Assembly: GCA_965222605.1 (NCBI GenBank)
Contig: OZ244960.1
Coordinates: 3,680,001 to 3,744,000, forward strand
Reading direction: 5' to 3'
Source: Candidatus Latescibacterota bacterium
GTDB taxonomy: Bacteria > Latescibacterota > UBA2968
DNA length: 64,000 bases
This document shows, in pieces, positions 39,838 to 48,899 of this stretch (positions within the stretch are counted from its first letter, which is position 1; every line of letters begins with the position of its first letter). The notes beneath the pieces were generated by a model. That model saw nothing but the letters and a program-made list of their open reading frames with translations, had not been told where the DNA came from and searched no databases. The position numbers and the translations under genes were made by a program.

Positions 39838-40644
39838 AACCACCGGCCTCGATTATTTCAACTAAAAATAGCACTTGACCAGACGAGGACGGAACAGCGG
39901 GCAAATGCTTTTGCAGCCACTTTTCTGATGCCCGAAGAGGGTGTGCGGGATTTTCTACATAGTCTGGGCAAGGGAAGAAGTGCCCGGCGCGAGGAAGCGG
40001 CGATGGATGCTGTTACTGGAGAGGGTATTCAGGGCGCGTTGCGCAGTCCGGCGCGTTCGCAGAATATAACCTATGTGGATGTGGCGCTTTTGGCCCGGCA
40101 CTTTGGTGTGAGCTATGCGGCGGCGGTTTGGCGGTTGCGCGGTTTGAATCTCCTGGGTAGTGAACAAACCGAACCGCTTCTCGATCAGACGGAAGAAGCC
40201 AATCGCTATTTGCGCGCTGTGAGGGCTTATGCCAATGTAGAAGATTCCGAAGACGAGGCGCATTTGGACCACGAGTTGGATTGGCAGGTTCTTTGGCTGG
40301 CTCTGGAAGCGTGGTGGCGCGAGGAGATTTCACAGGGACGACTGCTCGAAGTGGGCCGCCTGTTGAATATTGAGGACGAGACGATTCTGGATTTGGCGAA
40401 TTGAGGCTTTCTGAATGCTACATCTGTCTCTCGTATGCGGGCATTTTTTTGCTGGAGCTCTATGCGATTTATTTGGGGGTAACAGCGAAGATGTTTTTGT
40501 ACCGGTTAAGAGTTATTGACGCGGTGCTTGACATAAGGCAAGTTATTCCGTAACAAATAAGGACACTGAACATGACATGCGTGCCGCGTGGGAAGCACTG
40601 TTGTCCTTCTGCACGAAGCGCAATACTGTGAAAGAACTGTGGCT

Positions 40645-40920
40645 ATGATCTATGCGATTGTACCTCTTCAGCGGAGTAACGAAGAAAAACTCCGCCAGAA
40701 AATAGAAGCCTTTAGGACGAGTGGAAGGCATGTCTATACTGACTACGCGCCAATTGCTTACTTTGTGTCTTACAAAGGAACGACGCGCGAACTGGCTGAA
40801 GAGATTGGCTTTAGCGGAGGTGAATCGGGCACTGGTATCGTCATACCGGTCTCGAATTACTATGGTTACGCTGCCAAAGACCTCTGGGAGTGGATGAAGA
40901 TCTATGGATATGACACCTGA
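40645..40920 (+). CDS. Small hypothetical protein
   Basis: 91-aa ORF ending YYGYAAKDLWEWMK; overlaps the next ORF. Confidence 0.6.
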   Translation: MIYAIVPLQRSNEEKLRQKIEAFRTSGRHVYTDYAPIAYFVSYKGTTRELAEEIGFSGGESGTGIVIPVSNYYGYAAKDLWEWMKIYGYDT

Positions 40921-41275
40921 GCGAAACGATAACACAGAAAATAGCGAGGATCGAGAACTCGGATCTCCGACACCATCAGAATCTCCATCTCCACCTCATG
41001 CAGACCTAAATGAGTGGATCATGCAGGGTCTCAATCAGCTCAATGAGCGGTTCAACCGGATTGAAGGCAGGCTTGACGAGATTGGGAAAGATGTAGGCGA
41101 TTTGAAGGAACGAGTCGCTCGGGTCGAAGAAAAGATCACGTCGATACCACAGATTGAAAAAAAATTGTGGAGTCTTCAACGCAATATGTGGGTCGCCACT
41201 GGAATTTTAATCGTTATTGTTTTTTTGGCGCGAATATTTTTACCGGATTTCGACATCACTATCACGCCGAAGTGA
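40904..41275 (+). CDS. Coiled-coil protein with C-terminal TM helix
   Basis: LNQLNERFNRIEGRLDEI...VARVEEK followed by a hydrophobic segment. Confidence 0.65.
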   Translation: MDMTPERNDNTENSEDRELGSPTPSESPSPPHADLNEWIMQGLNQLNERFNRIEGRLDEIGKDVGDLKERVARVEEKITSIPQIEKKLWSLQRNMWVATGILIVIVFLARIFLPDFDITITPK

Positions 41276-41319
41276 CCCTTGCCAAACCGCGCACATCTCC
41301 GCATATAGCTACTATACCT

Positions 41320-41352
41320 AACTCCTGATGATTAGTCATTCAGGAGTTTTTT
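41320..41352 (+). terminator. Intrinsic terminator
   Basis: AACTCCTGA...TCAGGAGTT followed by a T run. Confidence 0.65.
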
Positions 41353-41414
41353 GGTATATTGTACAGTCATTCTGAGCGGAGGACCGGTGGGAGCTTATGG
41401 ACAAGGAAATAAAA

Positions 41415-41627
41415 ATGAACTGCATCCACTGTCATGGGCAAATGAAGCGCTCGAATGCGCCTTTCCACGTTGACCGAAAGGGCTATCATCTGATGTTTGA
41501 CACAGTCCCCGCCTGGGTCTGTGATCAGTGCGGTGAAGCGTATTTCGAAGAGCGCGAAGTCACCGCAATTCAGAGTGCGATTAAGGGGCTGGACCAACAA
41601 GCCCGGCAGCTTGTTGCAGACACTTGA
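41415..41627 (+). CDS. YgiT-type zinc-finger protein (MqsA-N-like), orphan
   Basis: M.C..C.G.M...VPAWVCDQCGEAYF. Confidence 0.85.
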   Translation: MNCIHCHGQMKRSNAPFHVDRKGYHLMFDTVPAWVCDQCGEAYFEEREVTAIQSAIKGLDQQARQLVADT

Positions 41628-41733
41628 GATGCTTAGCGCAGGGTTGCGGCACATGGTTACTGCGCCACTAATAATAGGAATCAGCGAAAGGACGCGTACA
41701 ATGCCAGAGACAAGGATCGAGTGGGGCATAGAT

Positions 41734-41946
41734 ATGGAGACAATATCGAGCAAGTGGGGAATAGGAGACGGAGGAAAAGAAAAAGAGATACGAATCGCGG
41801 GAAGGTGCAAAAGTTGCTGGGGAGGACTCATAGGAAGAAGGAACGAAGCATATGAGTTGACAGGAATCAAATGTCGAGTGTGTGGAACGAAGGTAGAAGG
41901 ACAGGATGCAAAAGAAGAACATGAAAGAATGTCAAATAAAAGAATT
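41734..41946 (+). pseudogene. 5' part of a two-CxxC zinc-ribbon gene interrupted by IS4 and IS701
   Basis: RCKSCWGG...KCRVCG; similar A-rich sequence resumes at 43152-43166 and after 44305. Confidence 0.5.
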
Positions 41947-43142
41947 CAAAGTACACGACAAAAAATAAAAGACCTGTGAAAATTGCTAAAAAGAGTTAGG
42001 TTTGAATGTCCAAAACGAACCTTTCTCATCTCAACAAAGCACAGGTCTATGTCCTCTGAAACTATCGAACTTCAAGAAGTTATGCAAGGATATTTTCCAT
42101 GGCATAAAGCGCGCGTGACATTCATCGCCGCGTTCATTGTGTCTCTGATTAAATTGACCAGCGTCAATTTTACCAAACTGGCAAACGCACTCAATGGAAA
42201 TGTTAAGCAAAAATCCAACTATCGTAGAATCCAACGCTTCTTTGCACACTTTGATTTATCCTATGATTGCCTAACAGGGCTGATCTTGCACTTGTTACCT
42301 GTAAAGTCCGATTTCACCCTCTCAATAGACCGTACCAATTGGAAGTTGGGTAAATTTAATATCAACATCCTGACCGCAGGGATTATCTATCAAGGCGTGG
42401 CATTTCCCATCTGTTGGATGCTGTTATCCAAACGGGGCAATTCTAATACACGGGAGCGCATCCATCTGATGAAACAGGTGCTCCAACGCATCCGTAAATC
42501 CCAAATCCACGTTGTGGTTGCAGATCGGGAATTTATTGGGCAAGAATGGTTTGCGTGGTTAGACACACAAAATATCCCTTTTGCCATCCGCATCAAGGAA
42601 AACGCCATCGTCAAATCAGACAATAAAGAGATACCCCTAAAAAAGCTGTTCGCAAACCTGCAAATACACCAGCAAACGATCTTACGTAAACCCCGTCGCG
42701 TTTATGGGCATTCTCTCTATCTGTCTGCGATACGATTGAAGGATGAATGCCTCATTGTTGCCAGTAAAGCACAAGGCCAGTGGGCATTGGCCGCATACAA
42801 AAAACGCTGGGGCATTGAAGTCTTTTTTGCGAACCTTAAAAGTCGAGGCTTTGATCTGGAAGCGACCCATCTCGTCCACGAAGACCGCATTGAAAAACTC
42901 GTTGCACTTCTGGCCATTGCATGTAGTTGGGCGCATATCGTTGGCGAATGGGTTGCAAAACATCATCCGCTGAAAATTAAAACGCATGGACATCGGGAGA
43001 AGAGCCTCTTTCGATATGGACTTGATTACTTGCAGTATCTTCTCCTGAATATTCAAGCCCATCGGTGTGAGTTTAAATACTGTCTCGCACTCTTAAAAAA
43101 ACTATGACTTCAACCTTTTTTGGCGTTTTGTCGTGTACCATG
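41947..43142 (+). mobile_element. IS4-family insertion sequence (1196 bp)
   Basis: Terminal IRs CAAAGTACACGACAAAA / TTTTGTCGTGTACCATG; 9-bp target duplication AAAAGAATT at 41938-41946 and 43143-43151. Confidence 0.92.
42049..43107 (+). CDS. IS4-family DDE transposase, apparently intact
   Basis: IDRTNW, ADREF, YREK-type YKKRWGIEVFF..LKSRGF. Confidence 0.9.
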   Translation: MSSETIELQEVMQGYFPWHKARVTFIAAFIVSLIKLTSVNFTKLANALNGNVKQKSNYRRIQRFFAHFDLSYDCLTGLILHLLPVKSDFTLSIDRTNWKLGKFNINILTAGIIYQGVAFPICWMLLSKRGNSNTRERIHLMKQVLQRIRKSQIHVVVADREFIGQEWFAWLDTQNIPFAIRIKENAIVKSDNKEIPLKKLFANLQIHQQTILRKPRRVYGHSLYLSAIRLKDECLIVASKAQGQWALAAYKKRWGIEVFFANLKSRGFDLEATHLVHEDRIEKLVALLAIACSWAHIVGEWVAKHHPLKIKTHGHREKSLFRYGLDYLQYLLLNIQAHRCEFKYCLALLKKL

Positions 43143-43172
43143 AAAAGAATTACAAATTTAATGAATTAGGAC

Positions 43173-44216
43173 TTACGCAAGCACCATGTGAATAGTAGGC
43201 GCTTTGAGTTGTTGTTTCAAATAATCAGCTAACAAGCCGTATTTGACCTGATAAACGGATTGTCGTGTTTGATAGGCGACCTGTGCAAATCGCACCCAAA
43301 CGAGGAAGGCACATCCGATGTGATTGCGAACAATGCGTGGCAATCGACATTGACACTTTTCAAGACCCGTCACTTGTTTTGCTTCTCGGTGAAATTGCTC
43401 AATTTTCCAACGCCAGTGACACGCCTGTTGTGCCACTTGGGTATCGTTTTGGGCCTGGTCGTTAGTCACGACATATTCCGTGCGTCTGGTAGAAGACATC
43501 ACCCGAAATAATTTCACTTTATGGTCTCTTGGAAAGCCTCTGATTTTAATGCGTTTGCCAGCTTTTGTCTCGCTGACCGTCCAATCTAAGCGGTCTATGC
43601 GTTGATAGGGTTTAGCACCTGAAGAATCATCCACACGCCGATTCGATTTGAGAGGGCAGTAATAGGTTTTTTGCAGTTTCTCAATGTGTAGCATGACCGT
43701 CCTGGTGGCATACCAGCTATCCATTAACACGGTCTGAAAAGGCAGTTTTCTGGCATAGACCAAGACAGATAACATCTCCTGTAGATGATCTAACTTGGTT
43801 TTGCCATCCCCCTCAGGGTCATAAATGCGATAGTCAATGAAAAAGAACCGATCCTGATCGGGATGAACTGCTGGCGCAGTTGTACCCCGTTCGACATAAA
43901 CGCAAGTGACGACCCCGATGCCGTTGATGACCCCTTTGGCATTGCCGCTATATTGACGCCGCACCAACGCAATCTTGTGGGCATGACGCTTGTCCAGCAC
44001 TGTGTCATCGAAGATCACATAGCCCTTTGGGGTCACTTGAATGTGGTCTTTGACGTGTTCCCACACCAGGCGAGGCGGGATGCGATCACCGGATAGGTAA
44101 CGGTTGATCATATCATGACTGAACCTTTGGCTGTGGTCTGCGAAATGGGTCAGCGTATAGTTGATTGGACTGCTCAGCAAATACTGACAGTAATCCAAGC
44201 GGGTTGGTTTATCCAT
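43173..44216 (-). CDS. IS701-family transposase with a 9-aa in-frame insertion
   Basis: FDDTVLDK, RQYSGN, MDSWY, RWKIEQFHRE.KQ.TG.E.CQ.R; ATG at 44216 with GGAGG RBS. Confidence 0.88.
   Translation of the reverse strand: MDKPTRLDYCQYLLSSPINYTLTHFADHSQRFSHDMINRYLSGDRIPPRLVWEHVKDHIQVTPKGYVIFDDTVLDKRHAHKIALVRRQYSGNAKGVINGIGVVTCVYVERGTTAPAVHPDQDRFFFIDYRIYDPEGDGKTKLDHLQEMLSVLVYARKLPFQTVLMDSWYATRTVMLHIEKLQKTYYCPLKSNRRVDDSSGAKPYQRIDRLDWTVSETKAGKRIKIRGFPRDHKVKLFRVMSSTRRTEYVVTNDQAQNDTQVAQQACHWRWKIEQFHREAKQVTGLEKCQCRLPRIVRNHIGCAFLVWVRFAQVAYQTRQSVYQVKYGLLADYLKQQLKAPTIHMVLA
43866..43892 (-). repeat. Short hairpin insertion element, copy 2
   Basis: On the minus strand GAACGGGGTAC-AACTGC-gcca-GCAGTT followed by CAT; encodes ERGTTAPAV. 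Confidence 0.7.
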
Positions 44217-44493
44217 CCTCACCTCCTCGGTGCTCAGGTTAGGCTCCAATCCCGTCAATTTAAAGATTGGAAAACCTTGGGGCTATTGTTTTGCGTAAGT
44301 CCTAAAATATTAAAATAGAGGGAAGGGAGTGCCCTCCAAAGAACGTATAATGAACACAGATAACAGAAGCAAAAACAACAGAGTAAGAGCCAGATACAAA
44401 ACTCTACACTATCTTGCGAGTGGTGTGTTCTATTCAGGCATCTTGAATACGTTTGTCTATTGCTCTACTCTCTGTCCTACAAGGAGAACTTCA

Positions 44494-44763
44494 ATGGAAA
44501 TTTACGAACTTGTCCTTGAAATGAAGCGGCTTGAACGGCGGCTCACGCTCTATGAAGAAAAATACGGGATTCTTAGCCAGGATTTTTACGATATTTTAAT
44601 GGCGGGAAAACTATCGCGCTACGACGATTTTGATGAGACACGAACGGATTTCAGTCGGTGGAAAGGCATTTACGAAACCTGGCAACGCCGCAAGACGGCC
44701 TATAACGAACAAATCCAACAAAGCGATCCGGCAGACGTATTGCGTGTACAACCCGCTTATTGA
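44494..44763 (+). CDS. Small protein resembling TumA-type antitoxins, orphan
   Basis: L..YEEKYG..S.DFY.....G.L......DF..W.G.Y pattern; AGGAG RBS. Confidence 0.55.
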   Translation: MEIYELVLEMKRLERRLTLYEEKYGILSQDFYDILMAGKLSRYDDFDETRTDFSRWKGIYETWQRRKTAYNEQIQQSDPADVLRVQPAY

Positions 44764-44822
44764 TGCTAAAAATTCCCTTGAATTATTTGTGAAGACCAAC
44801 TTTTCCCACCTGGAAATCCGCG

Positions 44823-46202
44823 ATGAATTTTGTTTCTAAAATCAAAGAGAATCCTCTGTTGATTTTTCAGGTCGTTCTTATCGTTCTGTTAATTGTGTTG
44901 GCGATAGTTTTTGTGGTCGTCATGTGCTTCGAAGATCCCAAGAGGATTTTCAACCTGTTAGGGGTATCTGAAAAAGAGCAACCAAAATACGAGGTTCTGA
45001 AATTTTTGGGAATCAGCATGGGCGGCATACTGATCGCCTTGCAAGCTCTGATGTCCTACAAGCGTGCTAAGGCAATGGAAGATACCGCGAAAGCTCAGGC
45101 CGATGCAGCGAGCGCCCAAGCGGATGCAGCGCAAGCTCAGGCCAGAGCCACAGAGGAGCAAGCGAGAGCCAATGAGAATACTGAGCAAGGACTACGGCAG
45201 GAACGCCTGAAAAATGCTATTGAACATCTGGGGCACGAAAGAGACTCCGTGCGTCTCGGTGGGGCATACGAACTTTTCCATCTGGCGGAAGACAACAAAG
45301 ATTTGAGAAAAACGGCATTCGACATGCTCTGCCTTCATATCCGCCAGACGACGGGCGAAAAAGAGTATCAGGAAAAGCACGAATCTAAACCCTCGGAAGA
45401 GGTCCAAAGTCTGTTGACATTGTTGTTCGTGCAAGATCACGAAGTTTTCAAAGGTCTCCAAATCAACTTGCAGAGAAGTTATCTGAACGGGGCTAATCTC
45501 AGGGAAGCACGTTTAGCAAAGGCTGTTCTATCCGGAACATACTTACAGGGGTGTGATCTTCACGGGGCATACCTGCAAGGAGCTGATCTTCACGGGGCAT
45601 ACCTACGAGGGGGAACTCTTAGCGGGGCATATCTGCAAGGGGCTGATCTTCGTAAGGCACATCTACAAGGAGCAAGTCTTGGCTGGGCACATTTGCAAGG
45701 AGCAAATCTTGGCGGGGCACATCTGCAAGGAACACGTCTCTATGTAGCACATTTGCAAGGAGCAAATCTTGGCGGGGCACATCTACAAGGAGCAAGTCTT
45801 AGCTGGGCACATTTGCAAGGGGCTGATCTTTGTGAGGCACGTCTGCAAGGAGCAAGTCTTGGTGGGGCACATCTGCAAGGGGTGGGCGGAGAATATTTGA
45901 TTCCTTTTGATTCTTTTGGAGATCATATCCGGAACCAGATTGACAAAGAAACCGATTTATCTGGCGCTATTTTCGCGGGCGGATTGAGTACGGGAGATAT
46001 GTACTCAATCATAGAAGACTTGTCTGATGAAAAAGCAAATGAGTTGCGAGAGAAATTGGAACCACATATTGACCAGCCGATAAGCAATGAACTGCCAGAA
46101 GACAGTGATGCTATTACCGGTGCCTACACGAAAGAAGAGGCCGAAGAATGGATTGCTGAATACGAGAAAGCCATGTCAGAAGTGCCGAAGGATGATAGTT
46201 AG
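44823..46202 (+). CDS. Membrane-anchored pentapeptide-repeat protein
   Basis: Two N-terminal TM segments; ERLKNAIEHLG...VRLGGAY.L; tandem AHLQG-A(D/N/S)Lxx repeats at about 45480-45880. Confidence 0.88.
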   Translation: MNFVSKIKENPLLIFQVVLIVLLIVLAIVFVVVMCFEDPKRIFNLLGVSEKEQPKYEVLKFLGISMGGILIALQALMSYKRAKAMEDTAKAQADAASAQADAAQAQARATEEQARANENTEQGLRQERLKNAIEHLGHERDSVRLGGAYELFHLAEDNKDLRKTAFDMLCLHIRQTTGEKEYQEKHESKPSEEVQSLLTLLFVQDHEVFKGLQINLQRSYLNGANLREARLAKAVLSGTYLQGCDLHGAYLQGADLHGAYLRGGTLSGAYLQGADLRKAHLQGASLGWAHLQGANLGGAHLQGTRLYVAHLQGANLGGAHLQGASLSWAHLQGADLCEARLQGASLGGAHLQGVGGEYLIPFDSFGDHIRNQIDKETDLSGAIFAGGLSTGDMYSIIEDLSDEKANELREKLEPHIDQPISNELPEDSDAITGAYTKEEAEEWIAEYEKAMSEVPKDDS

Positions 46203-46298
46203 TTTATATTGAACCAACTGCAAGAAGACGTGTATGAAATGATGGCGATGCCAGATCGGTATCGTGTCTATCTTAAGGCGGTTAGAGGAGACAACATC

Positions 46299-46523
46299 AT
46301 GGCGAGTACAATTCAGTTGGCTCCCGAAGCTGAGAAACGAATTGATTCCCTCGTGGCGCGGACAGGGCGTAGCAAGGATTTCTTTCTCAAGGAGATTATC
46401 AAACGCGGTCTTGAGGATGTGGAGGATTACTATCTTGCCGCAGAAGTGTTGGAGCGCGTCCGGAAAGGTACGGAGGCGGTGTACTCAGATGCTGAAGTGA
46501 GACGAGAACTTGACCTTCCATGA
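46299..46523 (+). CDS. Ribbon-helix-helix antitoxin (RelB/TraY-like), orphan
   Basis: I.L.PE.EKR...L..RTGRSK.F....I..GLED.EDYYLA..VLER. Confidence 0.8.
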   Translation: MASTIQLAPEAEKRIDSLVARTGRSKDFFLKEIIKRGLEDVEDYYLAAEVLERVRKGTEAVYSDAEVRRELDLP

Positions 46524-46556
46524 GAATGTTCAGAAAACAAGCAGTCAGCAGTTAGC

Positions 46557-46630
46557 GGGTGACCGCAGGGGGGCGCCCCTACAACCAGCATTAACAATAT
46601 CATCGTAGGGGACGGTCCCTGTGCCGTCCC
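46557..46630. repeat. Inverted pair of GTAG-type REP-like palindromes
   Basis: Reverse complement GTAGGGGCGCCCCCCTGCGGTCACCC (46557-46582) and GTAGGGGACGGTCCCTGTGCCGTCCC (46605-46630). Confidence 0.7.
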
Positions 46631-46811
46631 GTGGTAGTCAGCGAAAAATCTCCTGGATTGCGGCTTTAATCATGCCGCAATGACCATTGGTACTCGTCAC
46701 GCCTGCATGCCTGAAGCAGGCGTCCAGGATGGGTGGGTGAAAGCTGATCGCTGATCGCTCCTTACTCTGTGTTTATCTGTGTTCATCTGTGGTTGCTTTT
46801 GTTTTAAATAA

Positions 46812-47837
46812 ATGGAGACAAATTTGAAGACGATGCTCATTACAGGCGGTGCCGGGTTTATCGGCAGCCATTTTGTGCGATATGTTCTCAATACGTATCG
46901 CGATTATCGCGTTATCAATTTGGATAAGCTGACGTACGCGGGCAATCTGGACAATTTGCTGGATGTTGTGGATAATCCCCGATATGAATTTGTGAAGGGT
47001 GATATTTGCGATGCCGGGTTGGTCAATGATTTGATGCAGCGGGTTGATCTGGTGGCGAATTTTGCTGCGGAGAGCCATGTTGATCGGAGCATTATGGGTG
47101 CCGAGGAGTTTATGAAGTCCAATGCGTTGGGTGTGTACACGTTGCTCGCTGCAGCGCGAGATCGTGGCGTTGAGCGATTTTTGCAGGTGAGTACAGATGA
47201 GGTGTATGGGTCTTTGGAAGAGAGTGAAGATCCATGGACGGAAGATGCACCTGTTGCGCCGCGCAATCCATACTCAGTGGCGAAAGCATCTGGCGATCTT
47301 ATGGCGCGGGCGTTTGCCATTACGTATGGTTTGCCCGTGGTGATTACGCGCGCGTCCAATAATATTGGTGGGTTTCAATATCCCGAGAAGCGCGTGCCCA
47401 TTTATATTGCCAATGCGATTGACGATATTGCATTGCCCGTATATGGCGCGGGAACGGCGATTCGCGATCATCTTTATGTGACGGATCACTGCGAGGCGAT
47501 TGATCTGGTGCTTCACGAAGGTGCGCAGGGCGAGGCTTATAATGTGGGGGGTGAGAATGAAGCGGATGGTCTTTCTGTTGCGGAAAAGATTTTGGAGTAT
47601 TTGGAGAAGCCCAAAGATTTAATGCAGCATGTGGCTGACCGGCCCGGGCACGATATGCGGTATTCGTTGGATGCATCAAAAATTATGGCGCTGGGGTGGA
47701 AGCCAAAGTACAATTTTGAAGAGGCGTTGCGCCTGACGGTTGAATGGTATTTGGGCAATGAAGATTGGTGGCGAAAAATTCGAGATAGCGAGAGTTATCG
47801 AGAATATTACAGGCGGCAATACGAAGAGCGGAAATAG
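46812..47837 (+). CDS. rfbB: dTDP-glucose 4,6-dehydratase
   Basis: ITGGAGFIGS, DKLTYAGN, AAESHVDRS, VSTDEVYG, DRPGHD.RY. Confidence 0.93.
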   Translation: METNLKTMLITGGAGFIGSHFVRYVLNTYRDYRVINLDKLTYAGNLDNLLDVVDNPRYEFVKGDICDAGLVNDLMQRVDLVANFAAESHVDRSIMGAEEFMKSNALGVYTLLAAARDRGVERFLQVSTDEVYGSLEESEDPWTEDAPVAPRNPYSVAKASGDLMARAFAITYGLPVVITRASNNIGGFQYPEKRVPIYIANAIDDIALPVYGAGTAIRDHLYVTDHCEAIDLVLHEGAQGEAYNVGGENEADGLSVAEKILEYLEKPKDLMQHVADRPGHDMRYSLDASKIMALGWKPKYNFEEALRLTVEWYLGNEDWWRKIRDSESYREYYRRQYEERK

Positions 47838-47861
47838 GTGGAGAAATATACTCACATATCA

Positions 47862-48878
47862 TTATTCTGGAAATCCCTCTTTCCGAATGCGCTCGCCTAC
47901 CGCAAGTAATACGGATACATCCCTCTCGTCCAGTGAACCATCAGGCAAGGGACCGCAATTTAACAACAGATTACAATCGCCCTCACGCGCTGTACTCAAC
48001 GTCTCCCAAACACCCTCCTCATCCTTGTAATTCACTCTTTCAGCAAAATATCCCCATCCACCGCCCATTGTCGTACATATCTCCATAGGTTTGCCAGTCC
48101 CTTCTATTGCACGATGCTCAGGCGCATAAAAATCTTCAGTACCCAACAAACCCTGCTTATAGGAAACCAACACCTGCGGTTGCATGCTGTGAATATGGTT
48201 ATATAACTCTTGACACTTAAACTTCGACTCATCGCCACTCTTAGGCGTCATGATGCCATCTAACCAAATCGCGGCTATGGGACCATAATTGGAAAGCAAT
48301 TCTGTAATCTGCGCTTGTACAAAATCGAGGTATATCTGTAAGTTGTGTTCCGACCCTGTGGCGTAACTCGGCTCAGGCGGGTCATACTCAGGTCTCGCAT
48401 GACCGCCCCATTCGTCATTGTTGGGCGCGTGAGGATGCTTCCAATCACGCCCATGAGAATAATACAAACACAACCCCAATCCATACTTGTCACACGCCCT
48501 GGCTAATTCGCCAACCAAATCGCGTCCCGCTGGCGTATTCATACTGTTAAAATCCGTCTCCGCAGTATCAAACAAACAAAACGAATCGTGATGCTTCGTC
48601 GTGATGTTGATATATCTCATCTCACTGTCAACAGCGAATTTTGCAATACGCTCGGCGTCAAAATTTTCAGCCGTAAAATCGTTGATGAGCTTCCCATACT
48701 CAGAAACAGGGATGAGTTCCCGCAACTGTACCCACTCTCGTCGCCCTATCAAAGAATATAGTCCGTAATGTAAAAATAAACCGTAACGCGCATTGCGAAA
48801 CCATTGTCGTGCTGCAACTCGTGGATTGTCAGCGTAAAGGTCGGCGTAATCTCTCAAATAGTTTGGAACGTTACTCAT
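47862..48878 (-). CDS. Alpha-L-fucosidase, GH29
   Basis: GLFLHYGLYS, TTKHHD.F.LF, IWLDG, NLLLN.GP..DG. Confidence 0.85.
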   Translation of the reverse strand: MSNVPNYLRDYADLYADNPRVAARQWFRNARYGLFLHYGLYSLIGRREWVQLRELIPVSEYGKLINDFTAENFDAERIAKFAVDSEMRYINITTKHHDSFCLFDTAETDFNSMNTPAGRDLVGELARACDKYGLGLCLYYSHGRDWKHPHAPNNDEWGGHARPEYDPPEPSYATGSEHNLQIYLDFVQAQITELLSNYGPIAAIWLDGIMTPKSGDESKFKCQELYNHIHSMQPQVLVSYKQGLLGTEDFYAPEHRAIEGTGKPMEICTTMGGGWGYFAERVNYKDEEGVWETLSTAREGDCNLLLNCGPLPDGSLDERDVSVLLAVGERIRKEGFPE

Positions 48879-48899
48879 GAAACCTCCCGAAAAAGAATA

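Larger units (their letters stand above)
38414..39880 (+). mobile_element. IS256-family insertion sequence (1467 bp)
   Basis: Imperfect 27-bp terminal IRs (...TTAGTTGAAATA); 9-bp target duplication AGACGAGGA at 38405-38413 and 39881-39889. Confidence 0.92.
37705..40404 (+). pseudogene. XRE-HTH plus ImmA/IrrE metallopeptidase gene split by IS256
   Basis: HTH (IGQRLRFARE...MESGQR), RRQFSFAHEHGH; removing the IS restores AKTRTEQRANAFAATFLMP. Confidence 0.9.
43166..44305 (-). mobile_element. IS701-family insertion sequence
   Basis: Perfect 15-bp IRs TTAGGACTTACGCAA / TTGCGTAAGTCCTAA; target duplication not cleanly resolved. Confidence 0.85.

Noticed and set aside
44404-44430. Possible IS end remnant CTACACTATCTTGCG
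   Set aside because: No matching second end or transposase found.
40405-46530. Integron cassette array
   Set aside because: Small genes are co-oriented, but I found no convincing attC sites and no integrase.
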